Shown: piece after piece, positions 1-10,306 of the stretch | Position numbering within the stretch: position 1 is the stretch's first letter | Layout of the letters: each line of letters opens with the position of its first letter | DNA from: Psammoneis japonica | Taxonomy: Eukaryota | Assembly: GCA_008632985.1 (NCBI GenBank) | Contig: QPGO01000075.1 | Span: 64,517 to 128,516, forward strand | Direction: 5' to 3' | Length of the DNA stretch: 64,000 nt | Program-made: the position numbers and the translations under genes | Notes under the pieces: model-generated | Database searches by the model: none | What the model saw: the letters and a program-made list of their open reading frames with translations, nothing else | Told to the model about the DNA's origin: nothing

Positions 1-2620
1 AAAGAGCATTGTTGAGCTGGGAGGGATGTCAAGGCTCCTGCCACAACAGCCACAACCAAGTGTGGAATGCATCTTAATGCCTGCTTTTAAAGAAGCTTGC
101 AGGTCCAGGGTGTGCACAATTCAGAGGAGCAGCACACATTGTGAAAGCTGTGCTTGCCTCTCTAAATTCTGTCAGAAGCTGGACATTGTGGGGTGGCAGG
201 TCAGCACATGCACAGACAACTCTTCTTCACTGCACACTCTTGCAACTCTGCTGGCAGCAGCATGGCATTCAAAGGGATGAGGTCAAGATGAGAATTTTGG
301 CAACTGACATCTCTGGGACTGGCCCATTGTGAACAAGCCATTGCCAGCTGGAAATGTCACAGGGCCCACCAGCACCCTGTTGGCAAGGAGCAAAAAAGGA
401 GCATGAGATGTTTTTCAAAGCAACTGCTGCATGTCTTTTGCAGAGCAGTGCTGTTTCAACAAGTTGCTTTTAGAGCAAAGAGCATTGCTGACCACCCTCT
501 GGCTCAGAATTCTTGCTTGTTGTGCATGAGAGCTGTCAAGGCTGCCACAGCAGTCACAACCAAGTGTGGAGTGCATTTTGATGCCAGCTTTTAAAGCAGC
601 AGTTTGCAAGCCCAGGATGCACACAATTCAGAATGGCGCACTTTGTGAGAGCTGTGCTTGCCTTTCTGGGTTCTGCCAGAAAAGTCAGGCATGGGTCAGT
701 GGGGTGTCAACACATGTGCACACTTGTCTTGCAGCTCCACTGATGACATTCAAAGGGATGATGTCAAGATGAGAATTTTGGCAAATGACATTTCTGAGAC
801 TGGCGGCCCTTTGTGGATGAGCCATTGCCAGCTGGAAATGTCACATGGCCCACCGCAGCACCCTGTTTGCAAAGAGCAAGAAAGGGTCATGAGATGTTTT
901 TTCAAGGCAACCACTGAACATCTTTTGTGGAGCAACGTTGTTGTTCAACAAGTTGTTCTCAGAACAAAGAGTGTTGCTGACCACCCTCTGGCTCAGAATT
1001 TTTTTCATTTGTGTGTGTGTGTGTGTGCATGGGCAAGTGCCAGATGGGCAAGTGCTGCTCACATCATCTGGGGGTGTCTCTCTTTTTGTGGGACCTTCTT
1101 GTTCACCAGGTTGTCTGCGCAAGAGTGGCAACGACAATCAACTCAGTGCAAAAAACCACCCTTCATGTGAACACCACACACAGCAGCACTGCCACACTCA
1201 ACAACCAACAACTTGCTCACATTGTTGCACATCTCTTGTTCCTCACTCCATGCTGGTCAGCGCCACCACAGGAAGAGCTGCTGGTGTTTGGACACAGTGT
1301 TGTCTCACTCTGAATTCAACAACTGCAATTTTTTTTGCAAGTGCAGCAGCAGATTTTGGAGTGCAGGTGTTTAGAAGATTGAAGTGCATCAACTGTTTGA
1401 TGTCTTTTCACATCCAATGCACATCATGTCCCACAGCTTGTTCATTGCTGCAATGTGAGTGTGCAAAAAAGTGCACCAGTGGCTTTTTTCTCTCTCAGCT
1501 GCACAAAAAATGTGCACACTCTTGTCAACTGGATGCTGGCAACACATGATTTTGTTTGTGGCATTGCTGGGGTTGCTCTTGGTGCTGCAATCACTGAAAC
1601 TTGTGCTGCTCTGGCCCCACAGTTTCAAGCTGGTGTGTGGGGATCTCTGGGGCAACAAAAGCTCTGCCAAGCAACAACAGCACATGGAGAAAGACATGCA
1701 AAGTGCAGGGGCTGGCCTGCTGCAACAGATTGGCTTGATTGGCAGCACCCACAAGTGAGCCAAAACAGCCAGAAAAGCATGGCACAGCAGCATTGCACAA
1801 CTCAAGAAGGATTTGATGATGGACATGGTGGCAGGAAAAGTGTGCACGATGTTTGCCCCACTTCCTTTTAGCTTGTTGTTTCTTGCACATTGTCACGCGA
1901 TCTCTTTTTTTGTTGCAGCATGTTTTCTTCACAAGTGTTGAAGAAACTGGGACACAAGCAAGGCTGTCAATTGGGCTGTTGGAAGGGATGCATGCACGTG
2001 GGGTTGTCATGGCAAGGATGAGAGTGGAGGAGAGCTGCACGCGCAGAGACAAATTTCTGATGCAGCTGCTGGCTGCCTGAATCAACAGATCAGGCAGCAA
2101 AAGAAGAGCTTCCATGCAAGAAATCTAAAAAGCAACCAGAGCCAAGCAAAGTTGAAAACAATGTGGGGCAGTGTGAAATTTGGCGCCAAACAAAGTTGTG
2201 CAAGAGCAGCGTGGTGCGCACTCTCCTCTCCAATCTGGTGCGCTGTGTTGTTGATGCTTTGGCTCTGGCCAGTGTCAGCAGATTGATGGCAGAGCTGCCA
2301 AAGCAATTTTTGCAGGACTGCCAGTGATGAAGTCCAGAATCCAGCAATCCCCATGACCCAGACCACCCAAATGAAAGCTGGGATTGAGTGCTTTGTTGCC
2401 TGTTGCACTTGTTTGTCTTGCCAGGTTGAGAAAGTGGCACAGGCGGGTCGCCGCTTCTGTGTCTTTGTCATTGGGTTGCCTGCTTTTCTCCTCTGTCACC
2501 AAGAAACTTCATGGATTTTTTCCCTGTCAATGACAAGGCACATGCCAAGAATGGTGAGAACCCACTGTCCGCTTGAGCTTGGGGAGGAGACTGCGGAACG
2601 AAACGAATTTCTAATTCCTT
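1..2620. other. TpA- and CpG-depleted, TG/CA-rich hypermutated block (decayed repeat or gene remnants)
   Basis: Manual scan finds only about 9 TpA in 2.6 kb, all TTAA/CTAA/TTAG, and few CpG. ORFs in all frames are Cys/His-rich with no Tyr. Normal composition resumes at about 2625. Confidence 0.9.
25..1010 (+). repeat. Diverged tandem duplication, about 500-bp unit, 2 copies
   Basis: CACAACCAAGTGTGGA at about 51 and 556; CATTCAAAGGGATGA..GTCAAGATGAGAATTTTGGCAA at about 266 and 747; TTGCTGACCACCCTCTGGCTCAGAATT at about 485 and 974. Confidence 0.85.
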
Positions 2621-2798
2621 TTGCAGATACAGTACGTCAGTCGTGAATATTATTTATTCAAATTATTTAGCCTACATTTTTGAGGAATTTGGAATGTATC
2701 CAATAGTTGGGCTTCGCATAGAAGCGAACTTCAATTTTGTGATCATTCTTATTTATCCATAGACTAAGATGCACTATATATTTCAGGGTTGAATTGGA

Positions 2799-4778
2799 GT
2801 GAACCGCATCAAAAAAGCTGGAGCAACCATGGAGGAGTTAGAGGAAGCAACGAGTTATTTGACCTTGGCGGTGGACGTGGTAGAATGGTTGTGTCAAGAA
2901 TCCTTGGAGGCTCGTTCTCCCGCTATAATGCAATCACGGATTGAGCAAGTTCACAAGGCCTTGATGCGATTAGACAATGTGCATACGTACGGCCGTCTCT
3001 ACAACCGGCTTCAAATTATTGCCTTGATTCAGGATGTATGCGCCCATGATGTTGTCAGAGACGATGAGGACAACGACGATAACGATGAATCAGAAGAGTA
3101 TGAAGAGACTCTATCGGAATATTCGAGTGATCAGTGGAGTATGATTCGAGAGCAGTTGATTCTTCTGAAATCGCTTCTGCTAAGAAAAGATGCAGACGCT
3201 TTGGTATTTCCGGATCAAGTCGACGGTAAAGTGGTTGAAGACGTCACAAGACCTCCCCGTGATTATGACTTGGATGTGGAGAAGAGCAATGACGACGTCT
3301 TTCAGGAGAAATACAAGGACGTGCTTGTTTGGCTGGATTTGCATGCTACTGTTGCCAAGTTTCGTGAAGCGCTCCAGACACTGATTTCTGATTCCAATCG
3401 GCCTCAGAATTCACGCACTAGATCCAGACACAGCAAGTCGGAGAGTGTTTTATTGAAGAAATTGGAAATTGCAGTGGATGAATACAAGAAGTCTCTTAAC
3501 GAAGTATTGGGAGACGCACAGGACTCCCCTACGCAGTATACCTTGACGAGTTTCCTGCTTCATGACTTGTACACTTCTCATTCTCAATCCGATTCAACCC
3601 ACCAATTGCCTCAGCGGCTACTGAACGATATTGACAAGGCCATGTCCAGTCACGATGAACCGCACTCATATGCCTCATTACAGGCCCAACTTCAGGATTT
3701 GCTCCGGTCGTGGTCCGATACCATCTTGACCAAGCCAACGCTTGTTCTTCTCGGATATGGAAAAACCCAAGATAAGGTATCTGCAGCGATGTGGGAAGAA
3801 GGAACCAGGGCTTTGATGGACCAAGAGTCACAAGTAGATACTCGAGAGCAAGCAACGGAAACCCATGCGACTCAAACTGAGCCAGAACCGACGGCCGTCA
3901 TTGGGACTCAAACAGAGCAGTCTCCCACGGCATCCCATGCTACGCAAACGCAGGAACAAGAGGAGCAACCCATCGAATCGCAAGGTACTCAGACTGAACA
4001 GCCACCGTCGCCTGTGAATATGCCAACGGAACAAGAGCCACCATGCGATGACGATGATTCTGTGGAAACACAGCCCTTTGAAACGCAAGACGATGACGCC
4101 TTTCTGACGCAACCTCCACCGTCGCCACCCATGTTTGAATCACAAGAAACTCCTCAGCAGTCACTAGATACTCCTCAGCAGTCCACGTCACAAGAAGAAA
4201 GCGTCTCTCTGCTTCCCTCGCAGTCGACTCAATCATCTACGAAAAAGACTCCGACGCGGGCTCGGCAGGAAGAAGTAGACGAAGAAGACAACGAATCGGA
4301 ACCATCTGTCGCACCCGCCGAAAGAACTGCTACTGTTAACGAGTCCGAGGAAGAGAACCGCCAAGTAACTGATACATCACCTCGAGACGCACCCGAGACA
4401 CAGTCTCCGTTGACGGCGACGAATCAAAATGTTCAGAATGGCAAACCTAAGAAACGACGCAACAGCACGGGATCCGTTCCAGCACGGCGTCAGCGTCGCA
4501 AAATTATCGAATGGTCCGATAGCAGCGAAGACGACGAGGAAACTATCAAGGTTCGGAAAAGCTTTTCACCAAGAAAGCCTTCAAATATGGCGCCGAAGCA
4601 GCAGAGCCGAAGGCGTTATACCGAACTCGAAAAGGAAGCGATTCGTGCTGGTGTCAAACGGTTTGGAGTGGGTGCTTGGAAGGAGATCAGAAGTTTTCAT
4701 GAGGACGTTCTGAAATCGAGAACCACTGTAAACATCAAGGATTGTTATCGAACCATGTTAAAAAAGGGGGAAGCATGA
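2799..4778 (+). CDS. Telobox-type Myb/SANT (TRF-like) protein with a central TQ/SQ-rich region; 5' end uncertain (first in-frame ATG at 2829)
   Basis: C-terminal RRRYTELEKEAIRAGVKRFGVGAWKEI...RTTVNIKDCYRTM is a single Myb repeat of TRF/telobox type. Confidence 0.8.
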   Translation: MNRIKKAGATMEELEEATSYLTLAVDVVEWLCQESLEARSPAIMQSRIEQVHKALMRLDNVHTYGRLYNRLQIIALIQDVCAHDVVRDDEDNDDNDESEEYEETLSEYSSDQWSMIREQLILLKSLLLRKDADALVFPDQVDGKVVEDVTRPPRDYDLDVEKSNDDVFQEKYKDVLVWLDLHATVAKFREALQTLISDSNRPQNSRTRSRHSKSESVLLKKLEIAVDEYKKSLNEVLGDAQDSPTQYTLTSFLLHDLYTSHSQSDSTHQLPQRLLNDIDKAMSSHDEPHSYASLQAQLQDLLRSWSDTILTKPTLVLLGYGKTQDKVSAAMWEEGTRALMDQESQVDTREQATETHATQTEPEPTAVIGTQTEQSPTASHATQTQEQEEQPIESQGTQTEQPPSPVNMPTEQEPPCDDDDSVETQPFETQDDDAFLTQPPPSPPMFESQETPQQSLDTPQQSTSQEESVSLLPSQSTQSSTKKTPTRARQEEVDEEDNESEPSVAPAERTATVNESEEENRQVTDTSPRDAPETQSPLTATNQNVQNGKPKKRRNSTGSVPARRQRRKIIEWSDSSEDDEETIKVRKSFSPRKPSNMAPKQQSRRRYTELEKEAIRAGVKRFGVGAWKEIRSFHEDVLKSRTTVNIKDCYRTMLKKGEA

Positions 4779-4891
4779 GACTTTGTGATACCGTATAATT
4801 CAGGTTCTTATCTGTGGGGACCGCTGAGATATGTCTCAGATCATGGATATCGGCATAAGAATCTCTAGCAGCGTGATTACGTGTTACATTC

Positions 4892-5947
4892 TCATCGCTT
4901 ATTATTCCTTCTCTGCTCGTTTCGTTCGGACTGATGCCTCAAATCACGAATCCACCAAGCCATGAGACTGGGCGATCCAACGAATCCTACAATAGCAGCC
5001 AGCACCAACAGGGCATGCAGAAAACGATTCGGTGGCAGCATTTCATCGTGCAGATGTGCCGCGGTATCAGCGCCCAAATAGGTCCAGAGCGCGGTATACA
5101 TCCATCCATGAATGGCAGTCGCCAAGAAGAACATCCATGTTTTTACGGGAAGTAATATAGAAGTTCCAAAGTTTTTCACAAACTCTGGAAAGCAAGAATA
5201 CTTGAAGAGAAAGGTTGTTCGCAATGGATGGTCCTCCACTGAATCGTCTATTAGTTGCATCACTGTGTTGTCCTGCAACTTTTCCTGAGTCCATTCACTC
5301 AGAAAATACCGCCCCAACCAAAAAGCTAGCAACGCACCTAGCATTTTACCGCCCGCACTGGCGATGAATGCTGTCTTGAAACCAAAGGCCATACCTGCGA
5401 TACAAAAACACGATCATGTTTTATAAAGATGTAAGAGTTTGATCCGGAAGTGACTGCAACAATACTTACCTGCAGCAGTCTCTACTGGAATAGTGGCTCC
5501 CACTGTCATTTCCCAAATAGCCATACCCACAACATAAATACTTAGACCCTGAACTCTTCCGTAGTCTTTTACCCTTTGCAGTATGCGCAACACGGCATCT
5601 TGGAGACGCTGTTTGTCAAAGAGTCGGGCGATTGCCTCTCGGTTGTCCCAAGCAAACCAGACTGCAGCTGCAGCAACAACGCCGCTAACTGCAATTTGGA
5701 GTGCTTTTGAAGAGTCTTCAGGAAGCGTATCTCGAGCTTTCTTCCCTTTGCCGGCACTCAAATCGTTGGAGCGCCCACCACCCCTTGGGATGATAAAAGG
5801 CTGCCGAGACAGAAGTGAAGAAGCTTTGTTGTTGCAGATCCGCATGCAAGGAGAGTTCAATTTGAAACCATCAGAAACCGTCAATAGACCGAGTAAAAGA
5901 CCAAGAGCTAGCAGGTGACACCATGATGAGCTACGCACCGCCATCAT
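4892..5947 (-). CDS. DedA/VTT (SNARE-associated, TVP38/TMEM64-like) membrane protein, 2 exons, probably plastid-targeted
   Basis: ETAAG|MAFGFK...GKMLGALLAFWLGR...FPEFVKNFG motif; GT-AG intron at about 5395-5469; N-terminal signal peptide ending SDG-F. Confidence 0.85.
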
Positions 5948-6076
5948 CGTCCCCTAAGCAAGGTACATATTGTCGTCAACGTGTAAACTTCCCAATATAA
6001 CTTTCTGCTTTCATTGACGACGTACGGGCAGAAAACTTTGATGGCGATTCACGACCTGCTGTGTGTAGCTGCGGTA

Positions 6077-6354
6077 CATTGATGGCGTTTTTTTCAGCTT
6101 CAACACGACTGAACGCTCATTTTTTCAATCGTCTCCCTTTCCCGAGGGTCCAGTCGCAGAAACTGGCAGCAGCCTTGTCAAAGGGCCCTCTTTTGAAGGA
6201 CATTCTCCTCATCTCTTGATGACAAGCTCTGCCTGAGCCGCTTGCCCCGACCGGTGTCCACTGAGCGTGGAAAGGTGAGTGAGCCCTTGTTTGAAGCTCA
6301 GTTGGGAGACATTCAAAACAATGTCACTCGAAAAGAATTGCAATCAGAACGAGT
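6077..6354. other. TpA-free intergenic patch, probable small repeat or TE relic
   Basis: No TA dinucleotide over about 278 bp while CpGs are retained. Confidence 0.55.
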
Positions 6355-6651
6355 TACGAAATGCACAGTACGTTGGGATTTCGCGTGAGGGCCCCTAGTC
6401 TAAATTATGGCCCCGACTCTTGTTGCCTGCACTCTTCTACCGTAGTAGCTACTTAGCAACACGCTGATAATCCCATGCTGCACCTCCTCCCTCAAACAGT
6501 GGTACCGGTATATTTTTCGATGGTGTTGTAGCAAAATGGGGATCGGCTTCATGATCAATGACACTAAATATATGGTAAGACAACGTTTAATACAGCAGCC
6601 TTATTAACCTTCAAAAGAAAAAAACATGGAACATAGATCTCCGGAGTGAAG

Positions 6652-7844
6652 TTAAACCTTCTTGGCTTTGCTTGCCTTTCGATCTTTCACGAGTTGACCT
6701 AGGTAGCTTCCCAGCATAAAGGTCGGAAACCAGCGAAGCACGACTTCGGCGCTGCCAGTGCAGGCATGAAAGAGAGCAGGTCCCGGGCAGAGTCCAGCCA
6801 GACCCCAACCCATACCAAAGAGAACGCCTCCGCCCACGAGCTCCGCGTCAATGGTCGTATTGGTTGGGACAGAGAAGCCACACTCTTCCACCGCCAATGG
6901 TGACTTCAAACATTCTTCCGGCTTGCGAGTCTTGGACCATCCATCAAGATACTGATAACTCAACCAACTAGTCACTAGCCCACCACCCATGACGGTGGCA
7001 AGAGTCGGGTCAAAGTTGCCCGTCTGCCCAAACTTGCAGAGAGCGCAGATATCTAGGAAATCAAATACCTTGGAGGACGTAACCATGCCCGAAATTGCAA
7101 GGCCCGTTGAAAAGAGAGATGCAGAAATGGCTGCGCCGAGTTTCTTGCGTCGTTGGTCTGTGTGTTCAACATCCTTTTTGAACGTCAACAAGCCCAAGAG
7201 AGAAAGTGCCCCTGTGAACAGCAATCCGTAGAGGGGAATCAAGTCTGGTGCCACGTCCGTGCGTAATGCACTAGTCGAATCGGCCCAAGGCGTCCAGGGT
7301 GCAGTGATGAATCGAGTCACCATTGCACTACCCATAAAGGACAGAACTGCAACGAAGGAACGTTTGCTCAGCCTTGCCAATCCACAGATTCCATGGCCAC
7401 TGGTGCATCCGTTTCCTAGCTTAGTCCCAATTCCCACGAGGAAGCCACCAATCAAATTAGCTAGAGAGGAAGCAATGGGGACGTCGGGATCGTTTCCAAT
7501 TCGCGGATCATACACAGCTTTTGCTTCCAAGCCGTACACAACAAGTGCGGTGTTGATGGCAAACGTTCCGAGGTAGACTAACTTCCAGTGCTGAGACGGC
7601 GTGTTCAAAGTTTTCGGAGGATTCAAGAGCGCCGATGATAAAATGCCACTGATACCCATGATATCTCCATTGAGCAACAGCAACGATCCGGCAGAGAGGC
7701 CTGCAAAAAAAAAACACGAGAGTGCGCAAAAAAAAGTGAGCATGATGCAATCTCGTCATCCTATCTCTTCTCAATGAGCTGCATCTCAGACTTACCAATC
7801 AAGGAGCCCCCGATGAGACCGGTAACCGGAGTGAAGAGCGACAT
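6652..7844 (-). CDS. YeeE/YedE family sulfur-compound transporter, 2 exons
   Basis: MSLFTPVTGLIGGSLI|GLSAGSLLLLNGDIMGISG, GNGCTSGHGICG and FGMGWGLAGLCPGP motifs; intron at about 7701-7795. Confidence 0.9.
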
Positions 7845-8009
7845 GGTTCTGCTACCGTCTGCCGTATTATTAATGGCCGCAAAGGGGTTCGCATCGCTCA
7901 CACCATCTCCTTCGGAGTTTCGGAGTTTCTTTCTTCAAGATTTTCGATTTTGACGACATGGCGCACGTGCACACGACGGACGCAAGATCATTGCTTTGAG
8001 CTCCTCCCA

Positions 8010-8140
8010 CGCACTCTCTACTCTCTAGAGTCTAGAGAGTAGCTAGCTACCGGTAATCCTTACGTAACACACACCACACTCTCTCTAGCCCCACCTGGTA
8101 GGGCCCTAGAGGGTCTAGAGGCATACTCTCTAGTACAAAG
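8010..8140. repeat. CTAG/CTCTAG-rich palindromic low-complexity tract
   Basis: CTCTCTAGAGTCTAGAGAGTAGCTAGCTACCGGTA...; a similar tract lies at 27675-27850. Confidence 0.6.
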
Positions 8141-8281
8141 CTGCTCAACTATCGTAGTGTTGGTGTGAGTCTTAGTAGCGGTAAACATGCATGATCTCGA
8201 CCCTATGTGAAATCCTCTTTATTAAGCTACATCTTCGCTACTAGAGGACGGACTATGGTGAATCTCTACCGGTATCATCCT

Positions 8282-9708
8282 TCAAACCTCACTTTCACTG
8301 TTTTGAATGTACGAGAAACTACTAGAGCTAGATCTCCTGGAGCGCCTGCTTGGACGCCTGTCGTAGGTCGTCAACGACGAAGGGATTTCCGCCCCGGTCG
8401 AGTCGAACTGGGCTATTCCCGGGGTGTCGGGCTTCTTGGATGGAAAGAACAAGGTATCCGAAGGTCGGTTCTCGAGACACAGCTTGCATGTGCCAGAAGC
8501 GCAGTCGTGCACATCCATTCGGCGATGTCTCTTTCCCAAGTTGTTGAAATCGGCATCCGTTAGAACAGAAGCCTCCTCATCCCCTTCGTCAATGACAGGA
8601 AGAATTCCAAATCCCTGTTGCCTTGTATCATAACATCCTGCGCATCTGGTGGAGAGATAACCCTGCCCACTAGGCATGTAGTGATATAGGCCGTGGTGAA
8701 AGCTGCCAGGTGGATCACCGGTTCCAACAAGACGAGTATCATAGTAGCCATCACTGAGAAGCAAATCACCTCGTTCCACTGACGTGTGTGACGTGTTACG
8801 TCTGCGGGCAAGGAAAAAGATAATAAGCACAGCAATCAAAGCAGCCGCCACTGTAATTGGAACAATCGTTATTAAGGCCCCAGCGCCTGATCCTCCGGCC
8901 GCACCAGCCAGAAAGGGCGGAGCGTCCCGCACTCCAAATCCACCACCAAGAAGCACAGAATCCGCAGTGTCACCCAAGTATGTTAGCTTAACAACTGACG
9001 GAATATCTGGTCCCAGGTAGGCATCCGACAGCATATTGTATTGGATGGTATCGCGAATAGCGGCCACCGTGAAGTCAAGGTTATCTGACTCTCTCGCAAC
9101 CAACGATAAACCTCCCTTTACGACAGTGCAGTCGTTGGCTGAGTCTTCAAGCTCGTAGGGGCATGCAACTAGGTAACAGCACAGGAATGAGGAGATAATG
9201 ATGGTTTGAGCGTGCATCTTATGCATTCAACAACGAAGGTTTTTTCGAATATAAAAGTTGACTTACCACCAAAGTCCGTATCCGATGGAGAACTAGCAGT
9301 GGATAGAATGCCTAGTTTTCTCCTGGGGATATCATTGGTGCGAAGTTTCCTTCCTCCATCCATTGCGACATTACCCACATTCACGGTGTCATCGTAGCAC
9401 CAAAGTGAAATGGAGCCAAAAATCGTCTTGTCAATGTCTTCCAAATATTCACCTCCATTGGGTATGCTTTCGACACCATAGTAGTATTCTACAGTTGTCG
9501 GGACAAAGACTTCATCACTAGTCGATCCACTGAGTGAACAATCGAGAGCCGTGTGATTGACGTCGTCAATGCGGTTTGTGAGACCAAACTCGTCGAGCAA
9601 TAGCTCTCGTTGAACGTCATCGGTCAAATCCGTCTTGACGACGGAATGAGAGGCCGCCGTTTGAATTATGGAAACTAGCGCCATTGTGAGCTTCATCGTG
9701 TTTGTCAT
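8282..9708 (-). CDS. Signal-peptide, single-pass membrane protein of unknown function, 2 exons
   Basis: Hydrophobic N-terminus, TM segment IVPITVAAALIAVLIIFFL followed by RRR, Cys/His-containing tail; intron at about 9172-9266. Confidence 0.7.
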
Positions 9709-10306
9709 GGTGTTTCTACCTCCCTCCAGAGTGTTGAATGCAAAGAGTACAAGTCGCCGCTTTTTCGCCAATTGCGCTTGGATTTTGTGAGAAGGTGTTG
9801 GCGGGAGTTCGCCAAAATCAATTTAATATTATTCATACCTTAATTTTGTATTTAACTCTATTTAATCCTCGAAAGTGATAGTAAATTCAATGTATTTTTT
9901 AAAAAGGCTGGATTGTTTATAAACACGATAACCATCGTGCTTGTGTTTCGATCGAATGAATCGATTCCATCTTTCGGCCTGTCCGTCGCCCGCCATCGTC
10001 CTGCCAGCAAAAAGTCAAAAAGAGCCATCAAAGACATCCCATCAAGGCTGCGGTGACGATGGTGTAAAAAAACAGGAAAAGCTGTAACATATGCCGAGAG
10101 CTAGCCAATCATTTGCATGGCTCTGTTATAATTGTTAAAATCTTTTGGGGTTCTGTTTTTTAGAGTCTTATATGAAGATACTTCAAGCCCGAAATCATCA
10201 CCAGAAGTTCTTCGCCTTACAACTAAGTCGATCTTCACGTTCACGCATCAGCAGCACTGCGAATCATCACTTATTTTTGTTATCAAACACGAAAAGCATT
10301 CAAAAC

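Noticed and set aside
26..2646. Many overlapping 60-200 aa Cys/His-rich ORFs that look like metal-binding proteins
   Set aside because: By-product of TpA loss: TAA/TAG stops and Tyr codons are removed and TGY/CAY codons are created in all six frames.
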